Source: Senegalimassilia sp.
Lineage (GTDB): Bacteria; Bacillota; Clostridia; Lachnospirales; Lachnospiraceae
NCBI GenBank assembly: GCA_963659315.1
Contig: CAVKUD010000001.1
Location: forward strand, 2,769-66,768
Length of the DNA: 64,000 nt
Reading direction: 5' to 3'
Shown piece by piece: positions 21,798 to 31,302 of this stretch (its first letter is position 1; every line of letters begins with the position of its first letter). Below the pieces are notes generated by a model, which was not told the origin of the DNA, did not search any database, and was given only the letters and a program-made list of their open reading frames with translations. Position numbers and translations under genes: made by a program.

Positions 21798-22659
21798 AAT
21801 AAGTGAAAAGATAAGAAAACAGGTGCTTTCTGATATTGACGTGTCAAGAGACATTGATGATGAAGAGATATGGGACATTATAAGCAGGACAGCCTCTGAG
21901 GAGGTCAAAAAGAAAAATATCAATCTAAAGGACAGGATAGAGCTGGAAAAAAGGGTGTTTGACAGCTTGAAGCGTCTGGATGTGCTGCAGGATCTGATTG
22001 ATGATACTGAGGTCACAGAGATAATGGTTAATGGTCCTGATACTATATTTTATGAAAAAAATGGTTCCATACACCAATATGCAGGCAGATTTTCATCGGA
22101 AGAGAAGATGCAGGACATAATACAGCAGATTGTGGGTAAGCACAACAGGGTTGTAAACCAGTCATCGCCAATTGTGGATACCAGACTTGTGGATGGTTCC
22201 AGGGTGAATATAGTGCTTTTTCCTATATCCCTGGGAGGTTCTGCAATTTCAATCAGAAAGTTTCCCAAAGAGCCATTTGACATGAAAAAGCTCATAGAGC
22301 TTGGGTCTGTCACGGAGGAGGTTTCCAATGTCTTAAAGCTGCTTGTGAAAGCGAGATACAGTATATTTATTTCAGGGGGAACAGGTTCTGGTAAAACGAC
22401 ATTTCTAAATGCCTTATCACAGTATATCCCAGAGGATGAGCGAATAATTACAATTGAGGATTCTGCGGAGCTTCAGCTTCTAGGCGCAAAAAATATTGTG
22501 CGGATGGAGACGAGGAATGCAAATGTGGAGGGAGTTGTGCCTATTACAATCAGGGATTTAATCAGGACTGCCTTAAGGATGAGACCTGACAGAATAATTG
22601 TCGGGGAATGCAGGGGCGCAGAGACCCTGGATATGCTTTCTGCCATGAATACCGGGCAT
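21790..22659 (+). pseudogene. cpaF: CpaF/TadA pilus ATPase, 5' part (codons 1-290), interrupted by the element
   Basis: GGTGSGKTT, TIEDSAEL, LRMRPDRIIVGECRG, then AMNTGH where similarity stops; the frame reads 32 further codons into the element to 22758. Confidence 0.95.
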
Positions 22660-22676
22660 CTAGTTCGAGCATCTTA
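22642..22676 (+). other. attL (host arm, CA crossover at 22657-22658, element arm GTTCGAGCATCTTA)
   Basis: 22663-22676 is a 12/14 inverted match to 44945-44958; symmetry centre falls on the shared CA. Confidence 0.85.
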
Positions 22677-22889
22677 CCAGAGGTCTTACCTATATTCAGC
22701 TATGACTATAGGAAAGCCAATAAACATCAAGGAATACGCGGAGAATGTGCGTTTATAAATAATAAATATATCGAAGCGAGTGTTCTTAACTGCTTAAAAA
22801 AATCTAATTCAAGTATATAGGTAATGAATCAAAAGGTACAGTCTAAATTTTCCAATACGCAAAAATTTAATAGAAAAGGAGCGATAGCT

Positions 22890-23357
22890 ATGAGAATACA
22901 GAAATCAAGTCTAATTATGGACAGCAATCATCAAAATATACTTGTAAAGGATTTTGCTAGAAATTACTCAGGCGTGGATAGCTTGCATCAGCCAGAGAAT
23001 ATAGTAAAGGTAATGAATGATGTTTTTAATGTGGCAAATCTCGCCGAAGAATACCTCTATTTAATATGTATGACAACGAGGTGTAAACCTATAAGCATTT
23101 TCGAGGTATCACATGGAACTTGTAATTCTTCATTAGTTGGATGCAGAGAAATTATGATTAGAGCATTATTATGCGGTGCTGTTAATATTGTTATTGTGCA
23201 TAATCATCCTAGTGGAAGTGTACGACCTTCATTAGAAGATGTTAAGGTGACTAAGAAGATAAAAGATGCATCTAAGCTGATAGGATTAAATTTCTGTGAT
23301 CATATTATTATTGGGCAAGATGGATATTTTAGTTTTTCCAAAGCTAATTTACAATGA
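22890..23357 (+). CDS. RadC-like JAB/MPN domain protein (copy 1)
   Basis: EEYLYL...HNHPSG...PSLED...DHIIIG. Confidence 0.9.
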   Translation: MRIQKSSLIMDSNHQNILVKDFARNYSGVDSLHQPENIVKVMNDVFNVANLAEEYLYLICMTTRCKPISIFEVSHGTCNSSLVGCREIMIRALLCGAVNIVIVHNHPSGSVRPSLEDVKVTKKIKDASKLIGLNFCDHIIIGQDGYFSFSKANLQ

Positions 23358-23414
23358 TGTATTTGGTAGAAAAATCGTGGTGAAAAACTATATGTTGTAA
23401 AATTGAAAAAAATA

Positions 23415-23443
23415 TTGACAAGTTTCCCTTTTGGGGTTAAAAT
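23415..23443 (+). promoter_or_regulatory. Sigma-A promoter for the HTH-ImmA operon
   Basis: TTGACA-N17-TAAAAT; CCC-TTTT-GGG dyad in the spacer (possible operator). Confidence 0.7.
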
Positions 23444-23476
23444 TATTTCAGAAATCGGAAAAAGGAGGAATGAGCT

Positions 23477-23827
23477 ATGGCAAATAAATTGGGTATTTTT
23501 TGTCGAAAGCTTAGATTAGAAAGAGGAGAGCTTCTTTATGATATGGCACAGAAACTAGGTGTATCATCCGCATTTCTATCAAAAGTTGAAAATGGTAAAA
23601 AGAAACCTCCAGTACAATGGAAACAGATAATTATTTCAGAATATCAATTATCTGGTAGTAGGCTGGAAGAATTTGAAGAATGTTTCTTTGATGCAATTAA
23701 TGCTGATAGTATTGATATAAGTGCATATGAGGAATCAGATAAGGAATTGATGTTATCATTTGCACGTAAGTTTGATGCTCTAGATAAGGCAATGATCAGA
23801 AGAATGTTGGATAAAGAGGAGGAATAA
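23477..23827 (+). CDS. XRE-family HTH regulator
   Basis: LYDMAQKLGVSSAFLSKVENGKK helix-turn-helix. Confidence 0.9.
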   Translation: MANKLGIFCRKLRLERGELLYDMAQKLGVSSAFLSKVENGKKKPPVQWKQIIISEYQLSGSRLEEFEECFFDAINADSIDISAYEESDKELMLSFARKFDALDKAMIRRMLDKEEE

Positions 23828-23830
23828 TGC

Positions 23831-24331
23831 ATGAATGTATCGGCTAGTCCACGTTCAAGAGAAAGAATTCGAGAAATGGCTAAATGGGTGCGAGAACAAT
23901 TACATATGAAAGATAGATTGGAGTTTCCTATTGTCGAGGTAATAGAGTTACTTGCAGCTGATGATGAAGAAGAATTTGACTATGAAATTGTAAGTCCTGG
24001 CGAAATGATTGATACTTACGGAACTACTAATACATATAGCAATATCATGAAAATTCGTGAGAACGTATATGAAGGTGCTATACAAGGTAATCCACGTGAT
24101 AGATTTACATTATGCCATGAATTTGGACATTGGTTTCTTCATCAGCCAGAAAGTGTGAGTTTTGCAAGAGGTAGTATACCAAAGTATTGTGATCCAGAGT
24201 GGCAAGCAAATACATTTGCAGCTGAATTAATGGTTCCGTATTATCTTGTAGATGGGATGAGTGTGGAAGAGATTGTTGAAAAGTGCGGAGTCTCTTATTC
24301 ATGTGCCAGTATTCAGATGAAATATATATAA
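23831..24331 (+). CDS. ImmA/IrrE-family metallopeptidase
   Basis: RDRFTLCHEFGH and EWQANTFAAELMVP. Confidence 0.9.
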   Translation: MNVSASPRSRERIREMAKWVREQLHMKDRLEFPIVEVIELLAADDEEEFDYEIVSPGEMIDTYGTTNTYSNIMKIRENVYEGAIQGNPRDRFTLCHEFGHWFLHQPESVSFARGSIPKYCDPEWQANTFAAELMVPYYLVDGMSVEEIVEKCGVSYSCASIQMKYI

Positions 24332-24363
24332 GATGTTTGGAGATTATTCGTCTCTTAACATAG

Positions 24364-24443
24364 AAAAAACCAAGTACACAATGTACTTGGTCAGTGCTTA
24401 AAAGAACAATGTCAATTAAGCCAGTTTATAATTGTTTCTAGAC
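24364..24443 (-). ncRNA. Predicted ~80-nt antisense small RNA
   Basis: Minus-strand TTGCAT-N17-TATAAT with extended -10 TG (24478-24450); minus-strand terminator ACCAAGTACA/TGTACTTGGT plus U tract (24364-24391). Confidence 0.5.
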
Positions 24444-24507
24444 AACTCAATTATAACATTGACATTATTCTTATGCAACTGATTTTTTGAGAAAGGAGTG
24501 ATGTTCA

Positions 24508-24603
24508 ATGTATATTTTTAGAACATGGATTACAAAGAACGGTCAAAGAATTTATGCCAAGGATTATGGCAAGAAAGCTTTCCGTTTCTGGGTATCAAAG
24601 TAA
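24508..24603 (+). CDS. 31-aa basic/aromatic microprotein MYIFRTWITKNGQRIYAKDYGKKAFRFWVSK
   Basis: GAAAGGAG RBS; below the ORF-track cutoff; translated by hand. Confidence 0.7.
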   Translation: MYIFRTWITKNGQRIYAKDYGKKAFRFWVSK

Positions 24604-24684
24604 ATATATTTAAATTGACAATTTATATTATACAGATAAAAGTACATTACTGGCTTTGTACTTCCTTATCGGAAGGGAGTAAAT

Positions 24685-24804
24685 ATGGCTAAGACGAGAA
24701 GTAGTAACCATGGTAAACAACAGAAAAAGATAGTAACTGTACATGGTTATACAAAATCAAATGGTGTAAAAGTAAAAGATCATAGACGTTCTACACCGAA
24801 TTAA
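24685..24804 (+). CDS. 39-aa basic microprotein MAKTRSSNHGKQQKKIVTVHGYTKSNGVKVKDHRRSTPN
   Basis: AAGGGAG RBS; followed immediately by a terminator. Confidence 0.7.
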   Translation: MAKTRSSNHGKQQKKIVTVHGYTKSNGVKVKDHRRSTPN

Positions 24805-24807
24805 TAT

Positions 24808-24838
24808 AAGGGGCTACTCGGAAAGGTAGCCCTTCTTT
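24808..24838 (+). terminator. Intrinsic terminator
   Basis: GGGCTAC-loop-GTAGCCC then TTCTTT. Confidence 0.7.
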
Positions 24839-24861
24839 AATTTTGAATGTTTCAGGAGGTA

Positions 24862-25506
24862 ATGATGAGTACAATAGAATATAATTTTATAAGATTAAAA
24901 AATATATACGAGGAAGCTCTTCGTTCCTATGATAAATCAGTTGCTTTTGATGTTAAAATAGGAAGAGGAAGATTTCTAATTCTTATGTTTTTATCAGAAG
25001 CTGACGAAAGGGATAGCTTGTTTGTATATATGAGAAACACAATGGTAATGCGAAAATTGAAGATGTATGGTAGTCATAGGAATGGTGATTTTAAAGTATA
25101 TATTTCTGATGAAGTACAGATGCGAATGAAAGCAGAGCTTCAGTTACAGGAGGGAAATGCAACATTTGATTTTGAACGATTTTTAAATGAAGTAAATAAT
25201 GCTATCCCACAGGAAATAACTATGTCTCAAAAAGTTAAAACGCTTAGAGATAATAGAAACATTATTAGAACAGTGGGGATAGATGAGATTGAAAAAACAG
25301 TATTGATTGGCACTAAAGTGTTATCAAAAGGTAAACCACAGGACAGAACTTTGCGTAAATTATACATGTATACAGAAGAAAGTGAAACAGTGATTACAGA
25401 ATTTATTAAGAATCTTAAGAAAGCAAATATGACAGTTGCATGGACAACAGAAGAACAGAGGTTCAAGGCTGCCGATATCAATGCTATGATTAATAGTCTT
25501 AAATAA
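24862..25506 (+). CDS. Hypothetical protein
   Basis: AGGAGG RBS, long ORF, terminator at about 25542-25570; no family recognised. Confidence 0.75.
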   Translation: MMSTIEYNFIRLKNIYEEALRSYDKSVAFDVKIGRGRFLILMFLSEADERDSLFVYMRNTMVMRKLKMYGSHRNGDFKVYISDEVQMRMKAELQLQEGNATFDFERFLNEVNNAIPQEITMSQKVKTLRDNRNIIRTVGIDEIEKTVLIGTKVLSKGKPQDRTLRKLYMYTEESETVITEFIKNLKKANMTVAWTTEEQRFKAADINAMINSLK

Positions 25507-25591
25507 TCATTTGGAGATTATCATATAAAATATACGATAGAGAAGAGGGTTGAAATACACCTTCTTTTTTATACCCCTTTTTAAGGAGGTG

Positions 25592-25660
25592 GTGCCGAAA
25601 AGTATACATTTAGAAACTGAATAATAAGGGCATAAAATCAGTGCCAAAAAGTAGAGACTT
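25592..25660 (+). promoter_or_regulatory. Putative res site (resolvase-binding subsites)
   Basis: GTGCC(G/A)AAAAGTA repeated at 25592 and 25641, directly upstream of the resolvase. Confidence 0.45.
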
Positions 25661-25723
25661 TCCATTATGGGAGGTCTCATTTTTTATGTAAGCATTTTAA
25701 GACCAAGGAAAGGAGCGTTAATC

Positions 25724-26353
25724 ATGAAGAGATATGGTTATCACAGAACAAGTACAAGAGAGCAGCATTTAGATAGAGGTATCAAGGAGATTACAGCATA
25801 CTGTGAGCAGAATGGTTTGGAGATGGAAAAGATTTTTACAGACCAGCAGACAGGCAAGAACTTTAATCGTCCGAGGTACCAGGTATTGAAAGAGGATGTA
25901 TTAAGAACTGGTGATGAGTTAATTATTACTGAGGTCGATAGACTAGGTAGAAATAAGCAGGAGACCTTAAAAGAGTTACAGTATTATAGGGATAATGGTA
26001 TTCGTGTAAAAATACTGGAGCTTCCTACTACACTTATGGATTTATCAAAGCTTGATAATGCTATGGCTAGGATGTTGATGGAAACCATCAATAATATGTT
26101 GATTGAGTTATATGCAGCTATGGCACAGGCAGAGATTGAGAAGAAAGAGAAACGACAGCGTGAGGGTATTGATGCTAAGAAGAATCGTGGTGAGTGGGAT
26201 GATTATGGTCGTCCTGCGATTATGTCACAAGATGAGTTCGCAGACCAGTATAAGAAAGTATTGTCGGGAGAGCTTCGCCCCTTTGAGTTAATGAAGCAAC
26301 TTGGTATGAGCAAGAGCACATTTTATAGGTATGTAAAAAAATATATTGATTAA
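25724..26353 (+). CDS. Small serine resolvase/invertase
   Basis: YGYHRTST catalytic Ser, DRLGRN, YGRP and C-terminal HTH (GMSKSTFYRY). Confidence 0.92.
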   Translation: MKRYGYHRTSTREQHLDRGIKEITAYCEQNGLEMEKIFTDQQTGKNFNRPRYQVLKEDVLRTGDELIITEVDRLGRNKQETLKELQYYRDNGIRVKILELPTTLMDLSKLDNAMARMLMETINNMLIELYAAMAQAEIEKKEKRQREGIDAKKNRGEWDDYGRPAIMSQDEFADQYKKVLSGELRPFELMKQLGMSKSTFYRYVKKYID

Positions 26354-26485
26354 AGGCAAAAATTGTTGATAGTACTAAAAAGTCAGATTGCGAGTGAGAA
26401 TGCTCAATACAAATTAGTAATTACAATAATATTGAAAAAAGTAATTATTTTTGAGATAATGATATTCGGAAAGGTTGGTAATTTT

Positions 26486-26677
26486 ATGAAAAGAAAAGAA
26501 GTAATACCTAACCACCATCAAATGACAGAGTTCTTAAGAGGTCAAGCATCAAGAATATTTGATGAAGTGGCAAAAAATGACGAGGTTGTTTTGGTAAATA
26601 AAAATAGTAAACCGCAGAATATCATTATCTCTTATGAAAGATATTGTCGTCTTAAGGAAAAAGGTGCGGATATTTAG
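26486..26677 (+). CDS. Phd/YefM antitoxin-like protein (no cognate toxin adjacent)
   Basis: MTEFLRGQASRIFDEV...VLVNKNSKPQNIIISYERY pattern; promoter TTGAAA-N17-GATAAT at 26432-26460. Confidence 0.7.
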   Translation: MKRKEVIPNHHQMTEFLRGQASRIFDEVAKNDEVVLVNKNSKPQNIIISYERYCRLKEKGADI

Positions 26678-26693
26678 GAGGAATAATTGGACA

Positions 26694-28736
26694 ATGGCAA
26701 AGAAAAATTCAAGTATCGAACCAGAGGTGGAAAGTAGAGCCAATCGTTTGTTAGCAGAAAATGGGGTAAAATGCACCGATAAGAACAAGAGCATAAATAA
26801 TGATATAGAAAATGCATTGGCTACAGCGATATCCAAACAAGGTGGTAAAGGAGGAAACAAGCCAGATATTCAGTTTTTAGCAGAGATAGGTTATAAACGT
26901 TTACCAGTTATGATAGAAGCTAAGGGTACTAAAGGTAAATTGCTAAAAGTGGGTGCTGATGGAACTATTGAGCAAGTAAATGAGAAAAAAGATGGAACAT
27001 TATCTTTCAATACTGTTAATGGATATGCTGTAAATGGTGCTGTTCATTATGCTAAAGCAATTATTAACTACACAAAGACTTGGAAAGATTGTCTTGCGGT
27101 GGGAATAAACGGATATGATGATGCGATTGGAAGACATTTTGAAGAGGCAATCTATTATGTATCTGAGGATAATTTGAATGCACCAATTTTTATAAGCAAA
27201 GATATGAAGTTGCTCTATACACAGAATTGGACAAAGCTTTTTCAGATGGTAGAAAATGCAAAACTTTCAGATGAAGAAAGAGAAGCTATTGTTAGGAAAG
27301 CAGAAGAAAATCTTGAAGTAAAAATAAAAAAAATGCATCAATGCATTTATGATGATGAAGTGCTTAAAACATTGCTTACTACAAATGAAAAACTGTATTT
27401 ATTCTGTGGACTTATAATGGCGGGATTGAAAACTAAAGATGTGGCACCATTAGAAGAAAGTGATTTTAAGGGCAACAAGAAAGAAGATAAAAATGATGGA
27501 ACAGTTATTACAGATCAGATTAAAGTATTTTTAAGCGAAAAAAAGTGTTCTGCTGATAAAGTGGATATGATTTGCGGATTATTAAATTCCGTATTTACCA
27601 AAAAAAAATTGTGGATGCCAACAAATGGCGAAAGCATATTAAAAAAATTGTTTAGAGAGGTACATGATGAAATTATTCCTTGCTTTGAGGGAAATCTTCA
27701 CCTAGACTTTACGGGGAAAATATTAAACTCACTAAATGATTGGGTGAGTATAGACAATGATGCAGAGAATGATGTTGTATTAACGCCTAGATATGTTACA
27801 AAGCTCATGGCAAAGCTTGCACGAACTGGTCGTGATTCTTTTGTATGGGATAAAGCTATGGGGTCTGCGGGATTCTTAATATCTGCAATGGATATTATGA
27901 TTAAAGATGCAAAGGATAATATAACTGATGCAAAAGAGTTAGCAGATAAAATTAAGCATATTAAGGAACAACAATTATTGGGTATTGAGATATTAGGAAA
28001 TATTTATATTTTAGCTGTGCTTAATATGATACTTATGGGTGATGGCTCCTCAAATATTTTGAATGGAAATAGTCATGATAAAGAGTTTACACTTGATAAT
28101 TTATCAAAAGATTTTGAGGATGTATTCCCTGCGAGTGTATTTTTATTGAATCCACCATATTCAGCTGATGGTAAGGGATTTAATTTTGTCGAAGAAGCTT
28201 TATCACAGATGACTAGAGGGTATGCAGCTATTCTAATTCAAGATTCTGCTGGAAACGGACAAGGATTGCCATATACCAAACGTATTCTGGAAAATAACAC
28301 TCTTGAAGCGAGTATTAGAATGCCTTCAGGTTTATTTGGAAACAAGGCAACAGTAAATGTTTATATATTTGTCTTTAAGGTACATAGAGCTCATGAAGAA
28401 GATGATATGGTTACATTCATAGATTTTTCGGAGGATGGTTACAGTAGGCAGAATAGAAAAAAATCATCACAAGAAGTTAATCTAAGAAATACTGATCATG
28501 CGATTGAACGATATGCGGAAGTTGAAGCGATTGTTTTAGGAAAGAAGCCTCAAACAAATTATTACACAACAGAAAATGGACTTGTTGTGAGAGATAGTAT
28601 TTCATTAAATGGTGACGATTGGTTATTTACTCAGCATCAAAAGGTTGATTCAAAACCGATAGAAAGCGATTTTAAGAATACAGTTGCTGAGTATTTTAGT
28701 TGGAAGATTTCTCAATTCATGAAAGGAAGTGTTTAA
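26694..28736 (+). CDS. Type IIB (BcgI-like) restriction-modification alpha subunit (endonuclease plus N6-adenine methylase)
   Basis: PD...IEAK nuclease motif; VVLTPRYV; DKAMGSAGFL motif I; LNPPY motif IV. Confidence 0.85.
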   Translation: MAKKNSSIEPEVESRANRLLAENGVKCTDKNKSINNDIENALATAISKQGGKGGNKPDIQFLAEIGYKRLPVMIEAKGTKGKLLKVGADGTIEQVNEKKDGTLSFNTVNGYAVNGAVHYAKAIINYTKTWKDCLAVGINGYDDAIGRHFEEAIYYVSEDNLNAPIFISKDMKLLYTQNWTKLFQMVENAKLSDEEREAIVRKAEENLEVKIKKMHQCIYDDEVLKTLLTTNEKLYLFCGLIMAGLKTKDVAPLEESDFKGNKKEDKNDGTVITDQIKVFLSEKKCSADKVDMICGLLNSVFTKKKLWMPTNGESILKKLFREVHDEIIPCFEGNLHLDFTGKILNSLNDWVSIDNDAENDVVLTPRYVTKLMAKLARTGRDSFVWDKAMGSAGFLISAMDIMIKDAKDNITDAKELADKIKHIKEQQLLGIEILGNIYILAVLNMILMGDGSSNILNGNSHDKEFTLDNLSKDFEDVFPASVFLLNPPYSADGKGFNFVEEALSQMTRGYAAILIQDSAGNGQGLPYTKRILENNTLEASIRMPSGLFGNKATVNVYIFVFKVHRAHEEDDMVTFIDFSEDGYSRQNRKKSSQEVNLRNTDHAIERYAEVEAIVLGKKPQTNYYTTENGLVVRDSISLNGDDWLFTQHQKVDSKPIESDFKNTVAEYFSWKISQFMKGSV

Positions 28737-29947
28737 TGATGTGGGAAAATTTTGAACTTCAAAAAATTACTACAGTTTCTTCACCGAAGAAAAGATTCAA
28801 TGCTAATACATTGACAATAAACTCTCATCCTAAAGATGGATATCCTTATGTTGTTCGAACCGCATTGAATAACGGTATTAGAGGATACATAAAAGAGGAT
28901 GAAAACTACTTGAATGCTGGTAATACGTATTCATTTGGACAAGATACAGCAACAGTTTTTTGGCAGCCTAATCCATATTTTACTGGTGATAAAATAAAAG
29001 TATTAACACCCACCCATAAATTAACTAATGAAATGGCATTGTTTATATTAATAGCAATAAGAAAAGCATTTGCATTGTTTTCATGGGGGACAGATTCATT
29101 TAATGAGGAAATTATCAAGACAATGAAAATTACCTTGCCTATCAAAAGTGAAGGTAATACTGCAATAATAGATGATACACGTTATTATCATGAAAAAGGT
29201 TTTATGCCAGATTTCGAGTATATGCATAAGTACATAGAGGATATTCAAAAAAAGCAATTCCTTGATCTTGAAAAATATTTGACAGAGCTGAAAATCAATG
29301 ATGTGAAGCTAAACAAAAAGGACAAAAAAATTCTGGCTCAGAAAACAGTAGATAAAGAATTTATTATGCATGATTTGTTTGAAAAGTTAAAAGCTCCATA
29401 TAAGGGCAAAGGGAGAAAACAAGACAATGTAAGCAAAGAAAAAAACATGGAATTTTCATTGCCATTAATCAACTGTAAAGATGGAAACAATGGTGTCATG
29501 TATTATGGAAGAAGAGAAGATTTTACTGTCCATAATAATGTATTATCCATTATATACAATGGACCACCTACAGAAGGACAGACATATTATCAAGAAGAGA
29601 TTGGTGTATATACAGATGCATATATCGTTGGATTGATAAATGATGTTCCTTTGGATAGAGAACTAGGTCTATATTTAACAACAGCGGTTAATAAATCTAT
29701 TCACAATCTCAAGAAGAAGAAGTATTCTAGAGGAAATAAAGCAACGTGGGATAATAAAGTTGAGAATGATAAAATTATACTTCCAATCAAAGTTGAAGCA
29801 GATGGAACTCCGATAATTGATTCTTCAAAGAGTTTTCATAAAAAAGGATATGTACCAGATTGGGATTATATGAGAAATTATATTGTTGCCATAGAAAAAG
29901 AGGTTGTGGCAGAAGCCGTTGATTTTAAAAATGAGATGGTAAGGTAA
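28736..29947 (+). CDS. R-M specificity (beta/S) subunit with two TRDs
   Basis: Overlaps the alpha stop; two repeated halves ending PDFEYM / PDWDYM; NNG motifs. Confidence 0.8.
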   Translation: MMWENFELQKITTVSSPKKRFNANTLTINSHPKDGYPYVVRTALNNGIRGYIKEDENYLNAGNTYSFGQDTATVFWQPNPYFTGDKIKVLTPTHKLTNEMALFILIAIRKAFALFSWGTDSFNEEIIKTMKITLPIKSEGNTAIIDDTRYYHEKGFMPDFEYMHKYIEDIQKKQFLDLEKYLTELKINDVKLNKKDKKILAQKTVDKEFIMHDLFEKLKAPYKGKGRKQDNVSKEKNMEFSLPLINCKDGNNGVMYYGRREDFTVHNNVLSIIYNGPPTEGQTYYQEEIGVYTDAYIVGLINDVPLDRELGLYLTTAVNKSIHNLKKKKYSRGNKATWDNKVENDKIILPIKVEADGTPIIDSSKSFHKKGYVPDWDYMRNYIVAIEKEVVAEAVDFKNEMVR

Positions 29948-30337
29948 TAAATATTTATAGTTTCAAAACACTTTAGATTGAAAAAGTCTAAGGTGCTATG
30001 ATTTTAGGGAAAACCAAGTATTTTTTAAGAGGAAAGAGTATTGTAATTTGAAATTTTTCGAGATACATAATTTATTTAGATGATGATAATGATTAGATTA
30101 AAGGGGTGCTGATTTACGGTCATAATGTCAAGGAACAAGTGTTAAAGAGTACATTTGAAAAGTTTGTAAATTATATAATTCGATATTCATATGAGTCCGA
30201 ATGGTGGGATTATCTGCTGTTCGGGCTTTTATTTATGTTATTGAATTTTGGTGAAGCGTGGCAGATAAGCAAAATTGACCCGTATATATTACTTTAGATG
30301 GCGGAAACCATCTAATAATATGAAAGGGGATTGTGCT

Positions 30338-30826
30338 ATGGCTGAGACAATTCTGAAAAAAATGGTAACGATTAATGGAGCTGAATATACAATTACTAGC
30401 GATGGAAAGGTATACGGAAAAGAAGGTAAGGAAATTTCTGTAAGACCTAATACATCTGGATATGCTTCTTTTACAGCGGGAAGAAAAGGAAAACGTACGA
30501 GAAAAGAGGTTCACAGATTGGTTGCTGTACTATTTGTTGATAATCCGAATCATTATGATGAAGTGGATCATAAAGATTCAGATAGAATGAATCCTAGAGC
30601 TGATAACCTAGAATGGGTAACCAGAGCTGAAAATATACGAAGAATATATGAGAGACGAGGAGATATCAATAAAAAGAGAAAATTAACCGAGGATATGGTT
30701 GTAGATTTAAGACGTAAATATAAAGCTGGAGTTTCAGTACCAGAATTAGTCAGAGAATATAAGCTGCCAAGAACTACTATAAGAAATGCAGTTAAAGGAA
30801 ATACATGGAAGAATGTACCTATGTGA
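30338..30826 (+). CDS. HNH endonuclease (HNH_3-like) with C-terminal HTH
   Basis: VHRLVA...EVDHKDSDRMNPRADNLEWVTRAEN. Confidence 0.88.
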   Translation: MAETILKKMVTINGAEYTITSDGKVYGKEGKEISVRPNTSGYASFTAGRKGKRTRKEVHRLVAVLFVDNPNHYDEVDHKDSDRMNPRADNLEWVTRAENIRRIYERRGDINKKRKLTEDMVVDLRRKYKAGVSVPELVREYKLPRTTIRNAVKGNTWKNVPM

Positions 30827-30836
30827 TGACAAGTAA

Positions 30837-31154
30837 TCAGAGAACCTTAGCAATTCGCAGTAATTGTTCTTTTTTGGAATCATCCAGTTTATCAACAGTG
30901 TTGAGCAGTTCTGTTTCAAAAGCAGTAGTAGGAGCTTTATATTCATTGCCGAGAATATAATCAACGGTAACATTCATAGCATTGCAGATAGAAACCAGAA
31001 GTGTTAAAGATACCTTGACTTTGTTCGTCTCGATATTGCTGATGTGGCTGACATTAACATCGGTTACTTTAGCAAGATATTCCTGTGTCAGTTGTCGGTC
31101 TGTACGGACTTCTTTAATTCGTTTTCCGATAAGGGCAAAATCCAAATTATCCAT
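30837..31154 (-). CDS. XRE-family repressor
   Basis: IGKRIKEVR...LTQEYLA...HISNIE; the only clear minus-strand protein gene in the element. Confidence 0.9.
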   Translation of the reverse strand: MDNLDFALIGKRIKEVRTDRQLTQEYLAKVTDVNVSHISNIETNKVKVSLTLLVSICNAMNVTVDYILGNEYKAPTTAFETELLNTVDKLDDSKKEQLLRIAKVL

Positions 31155-31221
31155 TGCACCATTCCTCCTTAAAGTGTTGTGAAAATTATAAAGAAATTAT
31201 AGTTACAGAGTAATAATCCAA

Positions 31222-31248
31222 TGCTATAATCTATATAGGTATAGATTA
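31222..31248 (+). promoter_or_regulatory. Extended -10 promoter overlapped by a palindromic operator
   Basis: TGcTATAAT (31222-31230) overlapping TAATCTATA-tagg-TATAGATTA (31227-31248) in the divergent intergenic gap. Confidence 0.55.
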
Positions 31249-31302
31249 ATATTATGATGAAAAATGCCGATAAGTATAATGAGCAAATAGAAGAAAGGAA
31301 TA

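Noticed and set aside
22608..22820. 70-aa ORF as an independent gene
   Set aside because: It starts inside cpaF without an RBS; only its part after 22659 is meaningful, as the potential integrase extension.
30106..30330. 63-aa ORF and hairpins upstream of the HNH gene as a group I intron or real gene
   Set aside because: The start context is poor, no interrupted host gene flanks the HNH ORF, and no intron core elements were recognised.
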